Shown: one piece after another, positions 49,207-59,596 of the stretch
How the letters are laid out: every line of letters begins with the position of its first letter
Position numbering within the stretch: the stretch's first letter is position 1
Source: Bacteroidota bacterium
GTDB lineage: Bacteria > Bacteroidota > Rhodothermia > Balneolales > HLUCCA01
DNA length: 64,000 nt
NCBI GenBank assembly: GCA_020832235.1
Contig: JAFIEZ010000003.1
Span: 5,165 to 69,164 of the forward strand
Direction of reading: 5' to 3'
Translations under genes and position numbers: made by a program
Notes under the pieces: generated by a model
What the model saw: the letters and a program-made list of their open reading frames with translations, nothing else
What the model was told of the DNA's origin: nothing
Database searches by the model: none

Positions 49207-51363
49207 ATGATACCCGATCACATCAAAGAAGAAGTTAAGGCGGCGGCGGACATCGTAGAAGTGGTGTCTGATTATGTTAAGTTGCGCAGAACAGGAAGTA
49301 ACTTTCAGGGACTGTGCCCTTTTCATAATGAAAAGTCGCCCTCGTTTAATGTCTCCCCGTCATTAGGTATTTATAAGTGTTTCGGGTGTGGAGAGTCTGG
49401 CGATGTTTTCAGTTTTGTTATGAAACAGGATGGAATCAGTTTTACGGAGGCCATTCGTACCATAGGAGCTCGGTTCGGCGTTGACGTTCCGGAGGAATCC
49501 AGACCCGAAAACGATGAACGGTTTCGTGAGAAGGAGGGGGTGTATCACGCCCTTGCCTTTGCGGGAAAGTTCTTTTATCGTCAGTTGGTCGATCTTCCGG
49601 AAGCACTAGAAGCACGGAAATATCTTGACAAACGGGGGTTTACAGGAGCAACCATCCGTAAGTACGGTGTTGGTTATGCTCCGTTGGCTTATGACGGCCT
49701 GATAAAAGCTTCTCAGAAAGCAGCGGTAAATGAACGGTATCTCGAGCAGGCCGGACTTATTAAATATGGCAGAAATGGTGAGTCGGCCTATGATGTATTT
49801 CGTGGCCGGATTATGTTCCCCATTTTCAATGCTTCAGGCAAGGTAATTGCCTTTGGCGGGCGTGTTCTGGATGGCGCTGCTCAATCAGACGGTCGGAAAG
49901 CACCTAAATACATCAACTCTCCTCAAACGCTGGTGTATAACAAAAGCGAAGTGCTTTATGGGATTCATGTTGCCAAAAATGAAATCCGTAAAAACAGTGA
50001 AGTCATTCTGGTTGAGGGCTATACCGACGTACTGTCTATGCACCAATCTGGTATTTTAAACGCGGTTGCTACCAGTGGTACTGCCATTACAGCCGAACAG
50101 CTGGCCATTATGCATCGTTACGGTGAAACATTGCTGATGATTTACGATAGTGATCTTGCCGGTCAGAATGCGATGAGCAGAGCTATTGATCTGGCGCTCA
50201 GAGAAGGGTTGGATGTACGCCTGCTTCAGCTGCCAGACGGAGAAGATCCCGACTCATTTGTCCGAAAATTCGGTAAAGATTCGTTCGTAAAATACAAAGA
50301 AGAGCATGCCAGTGATTTCGTAGCTTTTTTAATTGAGAAAACACGTCTGGCAGGTAAATGGGACGATCCGTTTCATCGAACGGCTACTATTACTACCATT
50401 TTACGATCTGTGGCTGAAATTCCCGATGAAATTGCCCAGCAGGCGTATGTGCAACGCCTCTCATCGCTAACAGGTATGGGCGACCGGGCTTTGTTTGAAC
50501 AACTTGGCGTTCAACGCGCCGAAATCGCAAGATCCCGCGAAAAAACTCGTCAACGTGAACGTCGTATTGGACAGCCCAATGTGAACAGGCCCGTACCTGC
50601 GCAGACTGCTGATCACAATCGCAAGGTGTCTTCCAACCATACGCCAGCAGGATCTCTTGATCCCGATTTACAAGATCGTTTCGGACCTCCTCCAACGGAA
50701 GATCCGCGGTTTGATAATCGGCCTCACAACGAGGCTCCGCCAGAGTGGATAACCGGAATGCCGGAATCAGCAGGCGATCAACGCACTTTCGATGCTCAGC
50801 CTTGGCCAGGTGAAAGAACATCTGATCCTTCAGTCACCAATCCAGCCGAAACACGTAGCTCCCAGCGTAAACCCGGATATGAGCGTGAATTGTTGAGACT
50901 AATGCTTCAACACGGACACCCCATGGTGGAGTACATCGGATCGCAATGCAATGAAGATCATTTCGAAGACGATGAGTATCGTATGCTATTTTCCGATATC
51001 ATACAACGCTATGAAAATGGGAAGCCGATTTCTGTGAGTGTATATACAGCAATGGCCGACCCTTTTCCGAGCCTGGTTGGAGAAGTCGTTATAGACCGGT
51101 ACACACCCAGTGCCCGTACCCAGGAAAAACTGGCGCTAAGTCGTAAGAAAGATGTGTATAAAATTGCCAAAGGGGAGCTTCGCTCTCTGAAACTGCACTA
51201 TCTCGACCGACTCAAACAAGCATTTCAGCAAGAATACACCAATGCCAACGAGCTCGAAGAAAAAAGAAATTTTCAACAACTTTTGATGGAGGTTTCCCGC
51301 GAACGCGTGCGTTACGAACAAGGGATGCTCGACCAGTTGTTCCCAAACCCCGAAGATATTTAA
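49207..51363 (+). CDS. dnaG: DNA primase
   Basis: CPFHNEKSPSF...CFGC zinc finger, FRGRIMFPI, KYINSP, TOPRIM VEGYTD/YDSD, DPD. Confidence 0.95.
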   Translation: MIPDHIKEEVKAAADIVEVVSDYVKLRRTGSNFQGLCPFHNEKSPSFNVSPSLGIYKCFGCGESGDVFSFVMKQDGISFTEAIRTIGARFGVDVPEESRPENDERFREKEGVYHALAFAGKFFYRQLVDLPEALEARKYLDKRGFTGATIRKYGVGYAPLAYDGLIKASQKAAVNERYLEQAGLIKYGRNGESAYDVFRGRIMFPIFNASGKVIAFGGRVLDGAAQSDGRKAPKYINSPQTLVYNKSEVLYGIHVAKNEIRKNSEVILVEGYTDVLSMHQSGILNAVATSGTAITAEQLAIMHRYGETLLMIYDSDLAGQNAMSRAIDLALREGLDVRLLQLPDGEDPDSFVRKFGKDSFVKYKEEHASDFVAFLIEKTRLAGKWDDPFHRTATITTILRSVAEIPDEIAQQAYVQRLSSLTGMGDRALFEQLGVQRAEIARSREKTRQRERRIGQPNVNRPVPAQTADHNRKVSSNHTPAGSLDPDLQDRFGPPPTEDPRFDNRPHNEAPPEWITGMPESAGDQRTFDAQPWPGERTSDPSVTNPAETRSSQRKPGYERELLRLMLQHGHPMVEYIGSQCNEDHFEDDEYRMLFSDIIQRYENGKPISVSVYTAMADPFPSLVGEVVIDRYTPSARTQEKLALSRKKDVYKIAKGELRSLKLHYLDRLKQAFQQEYTNANELEEKRNFQQLLMEVSRERVRYEQGMLDQLFPNPEDI

Positions 51364-51384
51364 ACCCCAAAACCGTAAAGTATT

Positions 51385-52203
51385 ATGCCTAGTCAGGAAT
51401 TGCAGACAGCCGTTGAAGCGGCCCGGGCCGGCGCTGCCATCATCGAAACCTATACCGAACGAAGTCGTGCTCAACGCTTCGAACTAAAGGGGCGGCACGA
51501 CCTGGTTACAGAGGCCGATGTTGCCAGCGAAAAGGCGATAAAGTCTGTCATCAGAAGAATGTTCCCGGAAGATATGATGCTGGCCGAGGAGTCGCACGAG
51601 GGCGCTGAGCTAACCGACGCCCGTACATGGATTATCGATCCCATCGACGGTACTACTAACTTCGCTCACGGGGTGCCGTTTTATGCCGTTTCCATCGCGT
51701 TGTGGATTAAGAAACAGCCGGAGGTTGCCCTCGTTTTAGGGGTGGCGCAGAATGAGCTCTTTACCGCAGAAAAGGGCATGGGCACCCAGCTAAATGCCCG
51801 ACCGGTACATGTGAGCGCCACGAAGGAGGCCTCCGGAGCACTCATTGGTACCGGATTTCCGTATCGTGACCTGAGCGTCTTAGAAGACTACATGAAAGTT
51901 TTTGATGTATTGATGCGTGAGACCCATGGTGTTCGTCGCCCCGGCTCGGCAGCATATGATATGGCTTATGTCGCTTGTGGACGTTACGATGGATTCTACG
52001 AGTATGCCCTGGCCCCTTGGGATGTTGCTGCGGGTGCGTTACTCATTCGTGAAGCAGGTGGTGTTGTAACCGACTGGCATGGCAGGGAAAACTGGCTTAC
52101 CGGTAAGAGAATTACAGCAGGAAATCCATCCATTCACACATATTTACAGGAAGTGATACAACGCGAAGTCCGCCCGGAATTGCTCTCCACTACTGAATCA
52201 TAA
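51385..52203 (+). CDS. suhB: Inositol monophosphatase family protein
   Basis: DLVTEAD, WIIDPIDGTTNF and PWDVAAG motifs. Confidence 0.88.
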   Translation: MPSQELQTAVEAARAGAAIIETYTERSRAQRFELKGRHDLVTEADVASEKAIKSVIRRMFPEDMMLAEESHEGAELTDARTWIIDPIDGTTNFAHGVPFYAVSIALWIKKQPEVALVLGVAQNELFTAEKGMGTQLNARPVHVSATKEASGALIGTGFPYRDLSVLEDYMKVFDVLMRETHGVRRPGSAAYDMAYVACGRYDGFYEYALAPWDVAAGALLIREAGGVVTDWHGRENWLTGKRITAGNPSIHTYLQEVIQREVRPELLSTTES

Positions 52204-52217
52204 CATCGTTTACATCT

Positions 52218-54167
52218 ATGGATCGTTCAAATTTCAGCAGATACGTCATTGCCGCAGTAACAGCTGTTTTTCTGCTGGCTGTATTTGCCTACCGCGTGTA
52301 TGAAAAGTCTCAACGTTTCGAAATGACGGGTGTGGTTGAGGGGTTTTACGGCAATCCCTGGTCGCATGATGCTCGTGTTGATATGATACGTTTTATGGGG
52401 GATGTTGGCCTTCAGCATTATTTTTACGCTCCCAAAGATGATCCTTTTCACCGTCAGCAATGGAGGGAACCCTATACGGGTGAACACCTCGATCGCTTTA
52501 AGACATACATCCGGGAAGCGGAGGATGCCGGTGTAACCTTATGGTATGCCATCAGTCCAGGGTTATCGATCGTGTATTCCAGTGAGGAAGACTACCAAGA
52601 CTTGCTGCGCAAACTCAACGACATGATTAACCTTGGGGTTGGGCATGTGGCACTTTTTCTGGATGATGTTCCCGAGCGTCTGCAACACGAAGGTGACAAG
52701 GCGCGTTTTGCAAATCTAGCCGAAGCCCATGTATATCTTATCAACAAGCTGCATGCTGACCTGAAATCAAGAGGCATTGAATTGGTCGTGTGTCCTACCA
52801 CCTACACCGCAGCCTGGGGCAATCGTGATTATGTTCGAATCTTGGGTGAGGGTATTGCACGTGAAATACCACTCTTCTGGACTGGCAATGATATTGCACC
52901 CGCCAGAATCACCCGTGAAGACGCCCGATACTGGGCGCAACTGCTAAATAGAAAGCCCCTTTTATGGGATAATTTCCCGGTTAATGATTTCGAAACCTGG
53001 AGACCCATCGTAGGTCCTTTAGATGGTCGGGATCCTGCCTTATCGCAAAACACCAGGGGCATCATTGCCAACCCTATGGACGCCCCCTATTTGTCGATGA
53101 TTCCACTTTATACCGTAGCAGAATATGCCCGAAGGCCGTTTTCATACGATCAGTCAGCAGCTTGGAGGAGAGCAATTGAGCATTTAGCCGGAAATGAAGG
53201 CTATCAGGTACTACGACCGTTATTACTGATGTACGCCGATTACGGGTGGACCGACAACGTATTTACGCCCTTGTTTACTCCCGGAAGGTCACTGAATATA
53301 CAGACCATCAGCGAAGCGCTGGACCTCTTTGATGATACGCTCGATGAGTTGCGTTCACCACGATTTAACGACAATGAATACATACAGAACATCATACCCG
53401 AACTGGAACCTTTTGCGCTGGCATCTCGTGCTCGATTTGATTTCATGATGGCTGATGGAATGTATAGAGTAGATCCGGAGGGATTCCTCGTTTTTCAACG
53501 GTCGATGGAAGAAATTGAAGCGGGTCACCAACCCGTGAATGTAGATGGAAGTCTAAATGAGTGGAGAGCAGAGGAGTTTCGTAAGCTCACACCTTCGATT
53601 GTACTGGAACCCGAGCGCGTGCAGGCTGCTTTCCGCTTCTATGACGACACCCTTTATGTAGCCATATCTGTGGAAACCAACGTGTTTATGCCGGAATACC
53701 CAGCCGGCTGGTCAGGAGGCGACCAGATTTTACTTATCCTCGATCAGACTCCGCGAAGGCCTGCAACCTGGGTAGAACCAACGGATTTCATGATGTTGAT
53801 TCGCCCCCCAGTTGGCTCTGAACCCGAATACCTCACCGGAAGTATGTATCTCACACCGTTCTCGCAACGAGGCATATCCGATATCACAATGCGTACAATT
53901 TCCGGTTTTTTTGAGCATTTTATGGGGGATATTCATCCAAACATAGCGCCTCTTAATCAAGGACTCCGTGTTGCTCAGGCACGTTCACAAACTGGCTACA
54001 CCACTGAAATCGCCATACCACTGGCAGGTCAGCAGGAGATTGCCGTTGGGCTTTCCGTTAACAGTGCATTCAGGCAGGATGATACCACGCGCAATGTGAA
54101 TTTCATGTTGCAGCATCGGCCTTACATCGGGAATGCACATACCTGGGTACCGTTGGTTTTACGTTGA
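52218..54167 (+). CDS. GH84 beta-N-acetylglucosaminidase (O-GlcNAcase-like) with N-terminal anchor and C-terminal sugar-binding-like domain
   Basis: GVVEGFYGNPWS, YAPKDDP, catalytic LFLDDV, WDNFPVND; C-terminal VDGSLNEW (CBM9/DOMON-like). Confidence 0.85.
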   Translation: MDRSNFSRYVIAAVTAVFLLAVFAYRVYEKSQRFEMTGVVEGFYGNPWSHDARVDMIRFMGDVGLQHYFYAPKDDPFHRQQWREPYTGEHLDRFKTYIREAEDAGVTLWYAISPGLSIVYSSEEDYQDLLRKLNDMINLGVGHVALFLDDVPERLQHEGDKARFANLAEAHVYLINKLHADLKSRGIELVVCPTTYTAAWGNRDYVRILGEGIAREIPLFWTGNDIAPARITREDARYWAQLLNRKPLLWDNFPVNDFETWRPIVGPLDGRDPALSQNTRGIIANPMDAPYLSMIPLYTVAEYARRPFSYDQSAAWRRAIEHLAGNEGYQVLRPLLLMYADYGWTDNVFTPLFTPGRSLNIQTISEALDLFDDTLDELRSPRFNDNEYIQNIIPELEPFALASRARFDFMMADGMYRVDPEGFLVFQRSMEEIEAGHQPVNVDGSLNEWRAEEFRKLTPSIVLEPERVQAAFRFYDDTLYVAISVETNVFMPEYPAGWSGGDQILLILDQTPRRPATWVEPTDFMMLIRPPVGSEPEYLTGSMYLTPFSQRGISDITMRTISGFFEHFMGDIHPNIAPLNQGLRVAQARSQTGYTTEIAIPLAGQQEIAVGLSVNSAFRQDDTTRNVNFMLQHRPYIGNAHTWVPLVLR

Positions 54168-54271
54168 TTTCAATGTTGTCTTTACGTACTATGCATGAGT
54201 TATCATCTATACTTGACTGTCCGGTTTAAAGCAATGCCGGGCATCGAGGTACCTACTAATTTATAATCGTC

Positions 54272-55441
54272 ATGACACCTAACCAACCGCTGGCTTCCAA
54301 GCGATTGTTATCGCTCGATACTTTCAGAGGAATCACCATTATGGGTATGATTCTGGTTAATAATCCCGGTACCTGGGGCGCAATGTATGGTCCATTACGA
54401 CACGCCGATTGGCATGGATGGACCGTCACGGATCTGATATTCCCATTTTTTCTGTTCATTGTAGGGGTGGCCATTGTGTTTGCATTCTCCGGTAAGCTTG
54501 AAAAAGGAGAGGCTAAGGGTCCGTTAACGCTTAAAGCCTTAAAACGCGCGGGTGTACTTTTTTTGTTAGGACTCATCATGGCCGGCTATCCGTTTTTTCA
54601 ATTGGAGCCTAGTTTCGGATTGCGAGATAACATTGAATTGATTCGCATTATGGGTGTTCTGCAGCGAATCGCCATCTGTTACTTTGTAGCGTCGGTCATC
54701 TTTCTGTATTTCAAACCAAAGGCTCAGCTATATTGGGCGGCGGGTTTTGTGCTTTTTTATTGGGCTGCTATGTTTTTAATACCCGTGCCAGGGCATGGTG
54801 CAGGTCTGATTGATGATAAAATCAATAACCTGGCGGCATTCATCGACCGGGCGATTCTTGGTCAAAACCTTTGGGTTGGAACCGGGCGGCAGTGGGACCC
54901 TGAGGGTCTTCTCAGCACAATCCCTGCCATTTCAACAACTTTAATTGGTGTTTGGGCCGGACACATTCTTCGCAATAAAGAAACCGATGAAACCCGTAAA
55001 ACAGCCGAATTGATGGTTGTCGGAAGTATTCTTGTTATTGTGGGATATGTTTGGGCATGGCATTTTCCGATCAATAAGCCTATCTGGAGCAGCTCCTATG
55101 CCGTGATGACGGGCGGTCAAGCGATGGTTGGCCTGGCCCTTTGCTATTGGTTCATCGATGTGAAAGGATACAAAGGCTGGACAGAACCATTTGTGGTTTA
55201 CGGTGTAAATGCAATTACCGTTTTCTTTATGAGTGGTATCATCGCACGTACGCTTGGACTATTCACGGTTACGATGGCGACTGGGGCAGAGGTGACGGTT
55301 CAGCAGTGGATATTCCGCACGTTTTTTGATTCCTGGATGACTACCATAAACGCATCCCTGGCGTATAGTATTATGTGGGTGTTTTTATGGTATCTAATTT
55401 TACTGTTTATGTACCGCAAGAAAATCGTCATCAAAGTGTAG
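54272..55441 (+). CDS. nagX: HGSNAT/NagX-like (DUF5009) membrane acyltransferase-family protein
   Basis: RLLSLDTFRG, LVNNPG, HADWHGWT.TDLIFPFFLF, GVLQRIA, DPEGLLST and PINKPIWSSSY motifs. Confidence 0.82.
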   Translation: MTPNQPLASKRLLSLDTFRGITIMGMILVNNPGTWGAMYGPLRHADWHGWTVTDLIFPFFLFIVGVAIVFAFSGKLEKGEAKGPLTLKALKRAGVLFLLGLIMAGYPFFQLEPSFGLRDNIELIRIMGVLQRIAICYFVASVIFLYFKPKAQLYWAAGFVLFYWAAMFLIPVPGHGAGLIDDKINNLAAFIDRAILGQNLWVGTGRQWDPEGLLSTIPAISTTLIGVWAGHILRNKETDETRKTAELMVVGSILVIVGYVWAWHFPINKPIWSSSYAVMTGGQAMVGLALCYWFIDVKGYKGWTEPFVVYGVNAITVFFMSGIIARTLGLFTVTMATGAEVTVQQWIFRTFFDSWMTTINASLAYSIMWVFLWYLILLFMYRKKIVIKV

Positions 55442-55528
55442 CGAGCAAATACTGCAGTGAAAGAACGTTATCACACTGTCTGAAACAGTGATGGCTTTTA
55501 ATGTAGATCCCATCAGCAATTAAAAATA

Positions 55529-55556
55529 TTGTACCGAGGCAATCACCTCGGTACAA
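55529..55556. repeat. Perfect 11-bp inverted repeat between convergent genes
   Basis: TTGTACCGAGG-CAATCA-CCTCGGTACAA; no clear U-tail. Confidence 0.7.
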
Positions 55557-55605
55557 CTGAACAATGTATAGCCTATGAATCCTGGCTTAGAGGTGAAACG
55601 GTCGG

Positions 55606-56349
55606 TTAGCGTACTTGTTTGTGGTTGAGCAGGAAGTCCAGAGCTGTTGCTGGAATCGGTCCTCCATGGTATAAAAACGGCTCCCCGTATTTGACCCCGA
55701 TCATGTGTCCAAAATGAGCCGATCGGGCACGCAAATTTTCAAAAAAACGATTTGAGCTGATGTAGGTTTCGGGTTCTTCACCGGGATTATCCACATTAAA
55801 CTGGGAGGAAAAAGCGAGGATGGCTTTTTCTTTTAGTTCAATTGTATCGCTAATGTCGAATACTATATTTGGCGTGAACGTACGATCTTGCATGTAATGT
55901 AGAATATGGCTGGGCCTCCATGTTTCTTGTGGCTTGCCATGCTCATCGGTCGTTTCAATCTTTTGCAGCCCACTGTAGAATAACGCATCGAGCGTTAGCC
56001 TGGCTGCATTTCCATGGTCGGGGTGCCTGTCGTCTGGACTGTTAATAAAGCACAGATCAGGCTGATAAGTTCTAACTGCCTGAACAATGGCTCTGCGATG
56101 CTCATCAGTGTTGGTAAGACCAGCATCGGGCAGACTCAGATTATGGCGCACTGCTAGCCCCAGAATTTCCGCGGCATCAGCCGCTTCTTGCAGTCGAGTC
56201 TCCGGGGTGCCACGAGTTCCCATTTCTCCGCGGGTTAGATCTAAAACACCAACGCGTTTTCCTTGTTTTACTAAAGCAGCCAGAGTTCCTGCACAGCTCA
56301 GTTCGGTATCGTCGGGGTGGGCTGCAATAGCCAGTACGTCTAATTTCAT
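55606..56349 (-). CDS. bshB1: Bacillithiol biosynthesis deacetylase BshB1 (PIG-L family)
   Basis: AAHPDDTEL, DLTRGEMGTRG and DRHPDH motifs. Confidence 0.82.
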   Translation of the reverse strand: MKLDVLAIAAHPDDTELSCAGTLAALVKQGKRVGVLDLTRGEMGTRGTPETRLQEAADAAEILGLAVRHNLSLPDAGLTNTDEHRRAIVQAVRTYQPDLCFINSPDDRHPDHGNAARLTLDALFYSGLQKIETTDEHGKPQETWRPSHILHYMQDRTFTPNIVFDISDTIELKEKAILAFSSQFNVDNPGEEPETYISSNRFFENLRARSAHFGHMIGVKYGEPFLYHGGPIPATALDFLLNHKQVR

Positions 56350-56353
56350 AAAG

Positions 56354-56947
56354 TTATGGTCTTACTTCTTGAGGGGTTTGTACTCCAGCTGTTCCACTCG
56401 TTAGCAGATGCATAAGTTCTTCAGGTGTTTTGGTTACAGAGATAAGTTGTTGCTGACCATCCTTAATGAACCCGCTTTTAACTGTGTGTTCGATAAATGA
56501 TAACAGAGGGGTGTAAAAACCCATCGTATTTAACATGTAAATTGGTTTGTTATGAATGCCGATTTGATTCCAGGTTACCATCTCAAATAACTCTTCGAGG
56601 GTTCCGAATCCGCCGGGCAGGGTTATGAGGGCATCTGCCATCTGAGCCATCAAAGCTTTGCGCTCGTGCATAGAGTCGACCACCAGCAAAGATGTAATAC
56701 CCTGGTGTGCAACTTCCCGTTTGAAGAGTCCGTGCGGGATAATGCCTGTAACCCTGCCTCCATGTTTCATAACGGCGTTGGCCAAAGCTCCCATTACGCC
56801 AATGGAAGCACCGCCATATACCAGCTGGATGTTATGCTCGGCAAGAAGTTTTCCGAGTTTTGTTGCTTCAGCTGAGAAAATAGGGTCATTGCCGGGCGAT
56901 GATCCACAGTATACGCAAACACTATTTATTGGAGATGATGTAGTCAT
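56354..56947 (-). CDS. LOG family nucleotide phosphoribohydrolase (TIGR00730)
   Basis: VYCGSS, LVYGG, MHERK and PGGFGTLEE motifs. Confidence 0.9.
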   Translation of the reverse strand: MTTSSPINSVCVYCGSSPGNDPIFSAEATKLGKLLAEHNIQLVYGGASIGVMGALANAVMKHGGRVTGIIPHGLFKREVAHQGITSLLVVDSMHERKALMAQMADALITLPGGFGTLEELFEMVTWNQIGIHNKPIYMLNTMGFYTPLLSFIEHTVKSGFIKDGQQQLISVTKTPEELMHLLTSGTAGVQTPQEVRP

Positions 56948-58110
56948 GTTCTGGTTGTCATCCGGCGCAAAATGGCCTCAGTTTTATCGATTATGTAGGT
57001 GATGTCATCCACCGTGTTGTATTTACTCAGGCTGAAACGGATGCTTGATTTGGCAACCGCATAAGGAATATCCATCGCAAGCAACACATGAGAGGCCTCA
57101 ATTGCTCCGGATGTACACGCGGACCCGTTTGAACAGTAAATTCCCTCAATATCCAGGTTTAACAGGAGCATTTCACCATCAATTGCGGGATGATCTGGAT
57201 AAATAAATGAGCAGTTCAGGATATTGTAAAGCCCTTCCTGCTGGTCTCCATTAAATTGAACGTGCTCCCCGAGCCGGTCTTTGAGACCTTGCATGAGACG
57301 CGCTTTCAGCGCCGAAATATGCGCTTGATTCTGTTGCATTTCTTCGGTGGCGAGTTGCAGGGCTTTGGCCATACCCACTATTCCGGCAACATTAAGAGTC
57401 CCGCCTCGGCGTTTTCGCTCCTGAGAACCACCTTCCATCCACGGCTTCCAGGATGCTCCACTACGCGCATACAGAGCACCAACCCCTTTGGGTCCATAAA
57501 GCTTGTGAGCGCTTATACTCAGAAAATCGACACCCAGATCGTCCACATCTACCGGGATTTTTCCAACGGTCTGTACGGTATCACTATGAAACAAAATGTT
57601 TTTATTTCTGCAGATTTCCCCGATTTCCTTGAGTGGATTTAATGTGGCAACCTCGTTATTTCCATGCATTAATGATACCAGTACGGTTTCGTTAGTTATT
57701 GCATCCGCTACCTGATCTGTAGTCACCCTACCTTGTGTATTTACGGGTAAAATTGTGTGTACTGCACCCCAATTTGCTGCGCTTTTTACAGGGTGGAGTA
57801 CCGCGTGATGTTCGGCGTTGGACGTTATGAGATGCCGTTTTTCACGAGCACTCAATACTCCATTAATGACGCTGTTATTGCTCTCGGTACCCCCGCTGGT
57901 AAAAATAATTTCAGCAGGCTCAGCGCCAATAACGCTGGCTACAAGTTCACGAGCCTCTTCCACGGCAACATGCGTTTTTCGTCCCGGTCGGTGAGGGGAA
58001 TTCGCATTTGCGTAATCTTCCCGGAGATATGGAATCATACTCTCCAGAACACGCTCGTCTAAACGTGTTGTAGCTGCATTATCAATGTAAACGTGTCTTG
58101 TTGTTGACAA
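56944..58110 (-). CDS. iscS: Cysteine desulfurase (IscS/NifS type)
   Basis: DNAATT, FTSGGTES, SAHKLYGPKG (PLP Lys) and SNGSAC (catalytic Cys); TTG start; TATATTTG on the minus strand at 58156-58149. Confidence 0.9.
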   Translation of the reverse strand: MSTTRHVYIDNAATTRLDERVLESMIPYLREDYANANSPHRPGRKTHVAVEEARELVASVIGAEPAEIIFTSGGTESNNSVINGVLSAREKRHLITSNAEHHAVLHPVKSAANWGAVHTILPVNTQGRVTTDQVADAITNETVLVSLMHGNNEVATLNPLKEIGEICRNKNILFHSDTVQTVGKIPVDVDDLGVDFLSISAHKLYGPKGVGALYARSGASWKPWMEGGSQERKRRGGTLNVAGIVGMAKALQLATEEMQQNQAHISALKARLMQGLKDRLGEHVQFNGDQQEGLYNILNCSFIYPDHPAIDGEMLLLNLDIEGIYCSNGSACTSGAIEASHVLLAMDIPYAVAKSSIRFSLSKYNTVDDITYIIDKTEAILRRMTTRT

Positions 58111-58299
58111 AATGTATTATGACTTGATTCGTTTCTTATTCAAACAAGCAAATATACGCATTAAATTCCCCCCGCTGGCCAAAATTGACCTCCGCCATTG
58201 TCTACCATGTTTGAGGGCAAAACTACGATAATGAACCCGTTTATTGCGTATATTTCGTCTTGCCCGATTTAATAATTAAGTATTTAAAAGAGTAAAACT

Positions 58300-59493
58300 A
58301 TGGCAAAACTGACAATCGAAGATCTGGATGTTAAGGGTAAAAATGTAGTCATGCGGGTAGACTTTAATGTACCTGTACAAGACGGGGTTATTACAGACGA
58401 TAACCGTATTGTTGCGGCCTTGCAAAGTATTAATTATGTGACTGGCAGGGGAGGAAAGGTTATCCTGTTATCGCACTTCGGCAGACCCAAAAGCGCCGAC
58501 GACAAAGAGTTTAGCTTGAAAATTGTAGCCGATTATCTGGCTACAAAAGTGGATGTTCCTGTACATTTTGCAGAAGACTGTATTGGCGATGTGGCCACTT
58601 CCGTTATTGAAGCTGCCGGTTTCGGTGAAATTGTGTTGCTTGAAAATGTGCGGTTTCACAAAGGAGAAACAAAAAACGATACAGCATTCTCTAAAGCTCT
58701 CGCCGCGCACGGGGATGTGTTTGTGAACGATGCTTTTGGCAGTTCTCACCGCGCTCATAGCTCAGTTGCGGGTATCACAGAATTTCTTCAACCAGCTGCT
58801 GCCGGATATCTCCTTGAAAAGGAAATCCGCTACTTAAGCGACAGTGTGAATGCGCCCAAAAGACCATTTGTTGCCGTACTCGGTGGAGCAAAAGTATCCG
58901 ACAAAATCCCTGTAATTGAAAATCTGATCAGTAAGGTTGACACGATTATTGTTGGCGGTGGAATGACCTACACATTCTATAAAGCGAAGGGACTACCCAT
59001 TGGTAACTCTAAACTCGAAGAAGATCGCGTTGAACTTGCCGGCGAACTCATGCGAAAGGCTGAGGCCAATGGCGTTCAGCTTCTCTTACCTGTAGATTCT
59101 GTGGTTTCACAACAGTTCAGCAACGATGGTGAAATCAAGACCGTTGGGGAAGATGGCATCGAAGATGGATGGATGGCTCTGGATATTGGTCCTGACTCGG
59201 TTAAAAAGTTCTCCGATGTGATTCGTGAAGCCGGTACGGTAATCTGGAACGGTCCTATGGGCGTTTTCGAGATGAGTAATTTCAGCAACGGAACATTTTC
59301 TGTGGCTCAGGCTTTGGCCGATGCAACCGATAAAGGGACCATTTCAATTATTGGTGGTGGGGATTCTGCGTCGGCGATTAAGAAAGCCGGTCTTGATGAT
59401 AAAGTGACACATGTTTCTACGGGAGGAGGTGCCAGCCTTGAGTATCTCGAAGGCAAGGAGCTTCCTGGAATTACGGCCCTTACGGAAAAGTAG
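58300..59493 (+). CDS. pgk: Phosphoglycerate kinase
   Basis: RVDFNVP, SHFGRP, NDAFG, GGAKVSDK, WNGPMG and HVSTGGGASLE motifs. Confidence 0.97.
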   Translation: MAKLTIEDLDVKGKNVVMRVDFNVPVQDGVITDDNRIVAALQSINYVTGRGGKVILLSHFGRPKSADDKEFSLKIVADYLATKVDVPVHFAEDCIGDVATSVIEAAGFGEIVLLENVRFHKGETKNDTAFSKALAAHGDVFVNDAFGSSHRAHSSVAGITEFLQPAAAGYLLEKEIRYLSDSVNAPKRPFVAVLGGAKVSDKIPVIENLISKVDTIIVGGGMTYTFYKAKGLPIGNSKLEEDRVELAGELMRKAEANGVQLLLPVDSVVSQQFSNDGEIKTVGEDGIEDGWMALDIGPDSVKKFSDVIREAGTVIWNGPMGVFEMSNFSNGTFSVAQALADATDKGTISIIGGGDSASAIKKAGLDDKVTHVSTGGGASLEYLEGKELPGITALTEK

Positions 59494-59520
59494 GGTAGGG
59501 CTAAACGTAATGCTAAGTAT

Positions 59521-59560
59521 AAAAAAGGCTGCCACTATTTTTCAGTGGGCAGCCTTTTTT
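59521..59560. terminator. Bidirectional terminator
   Basis: AAAAAAGGCTGCC...GGCAGCCTTTTTT. Confidence 0.8.
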
Positions 59561-59596
59561 GTAGGTTTTGATACAGACTTATGAGCCCGTAAAATC

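Noticed and set aside
55529-55556. Perfect inverted repeat as a REP/MITE
   Set aside because: I saw only one copy in the window, and its position between convergent genes fits a termination or stability hairpin.
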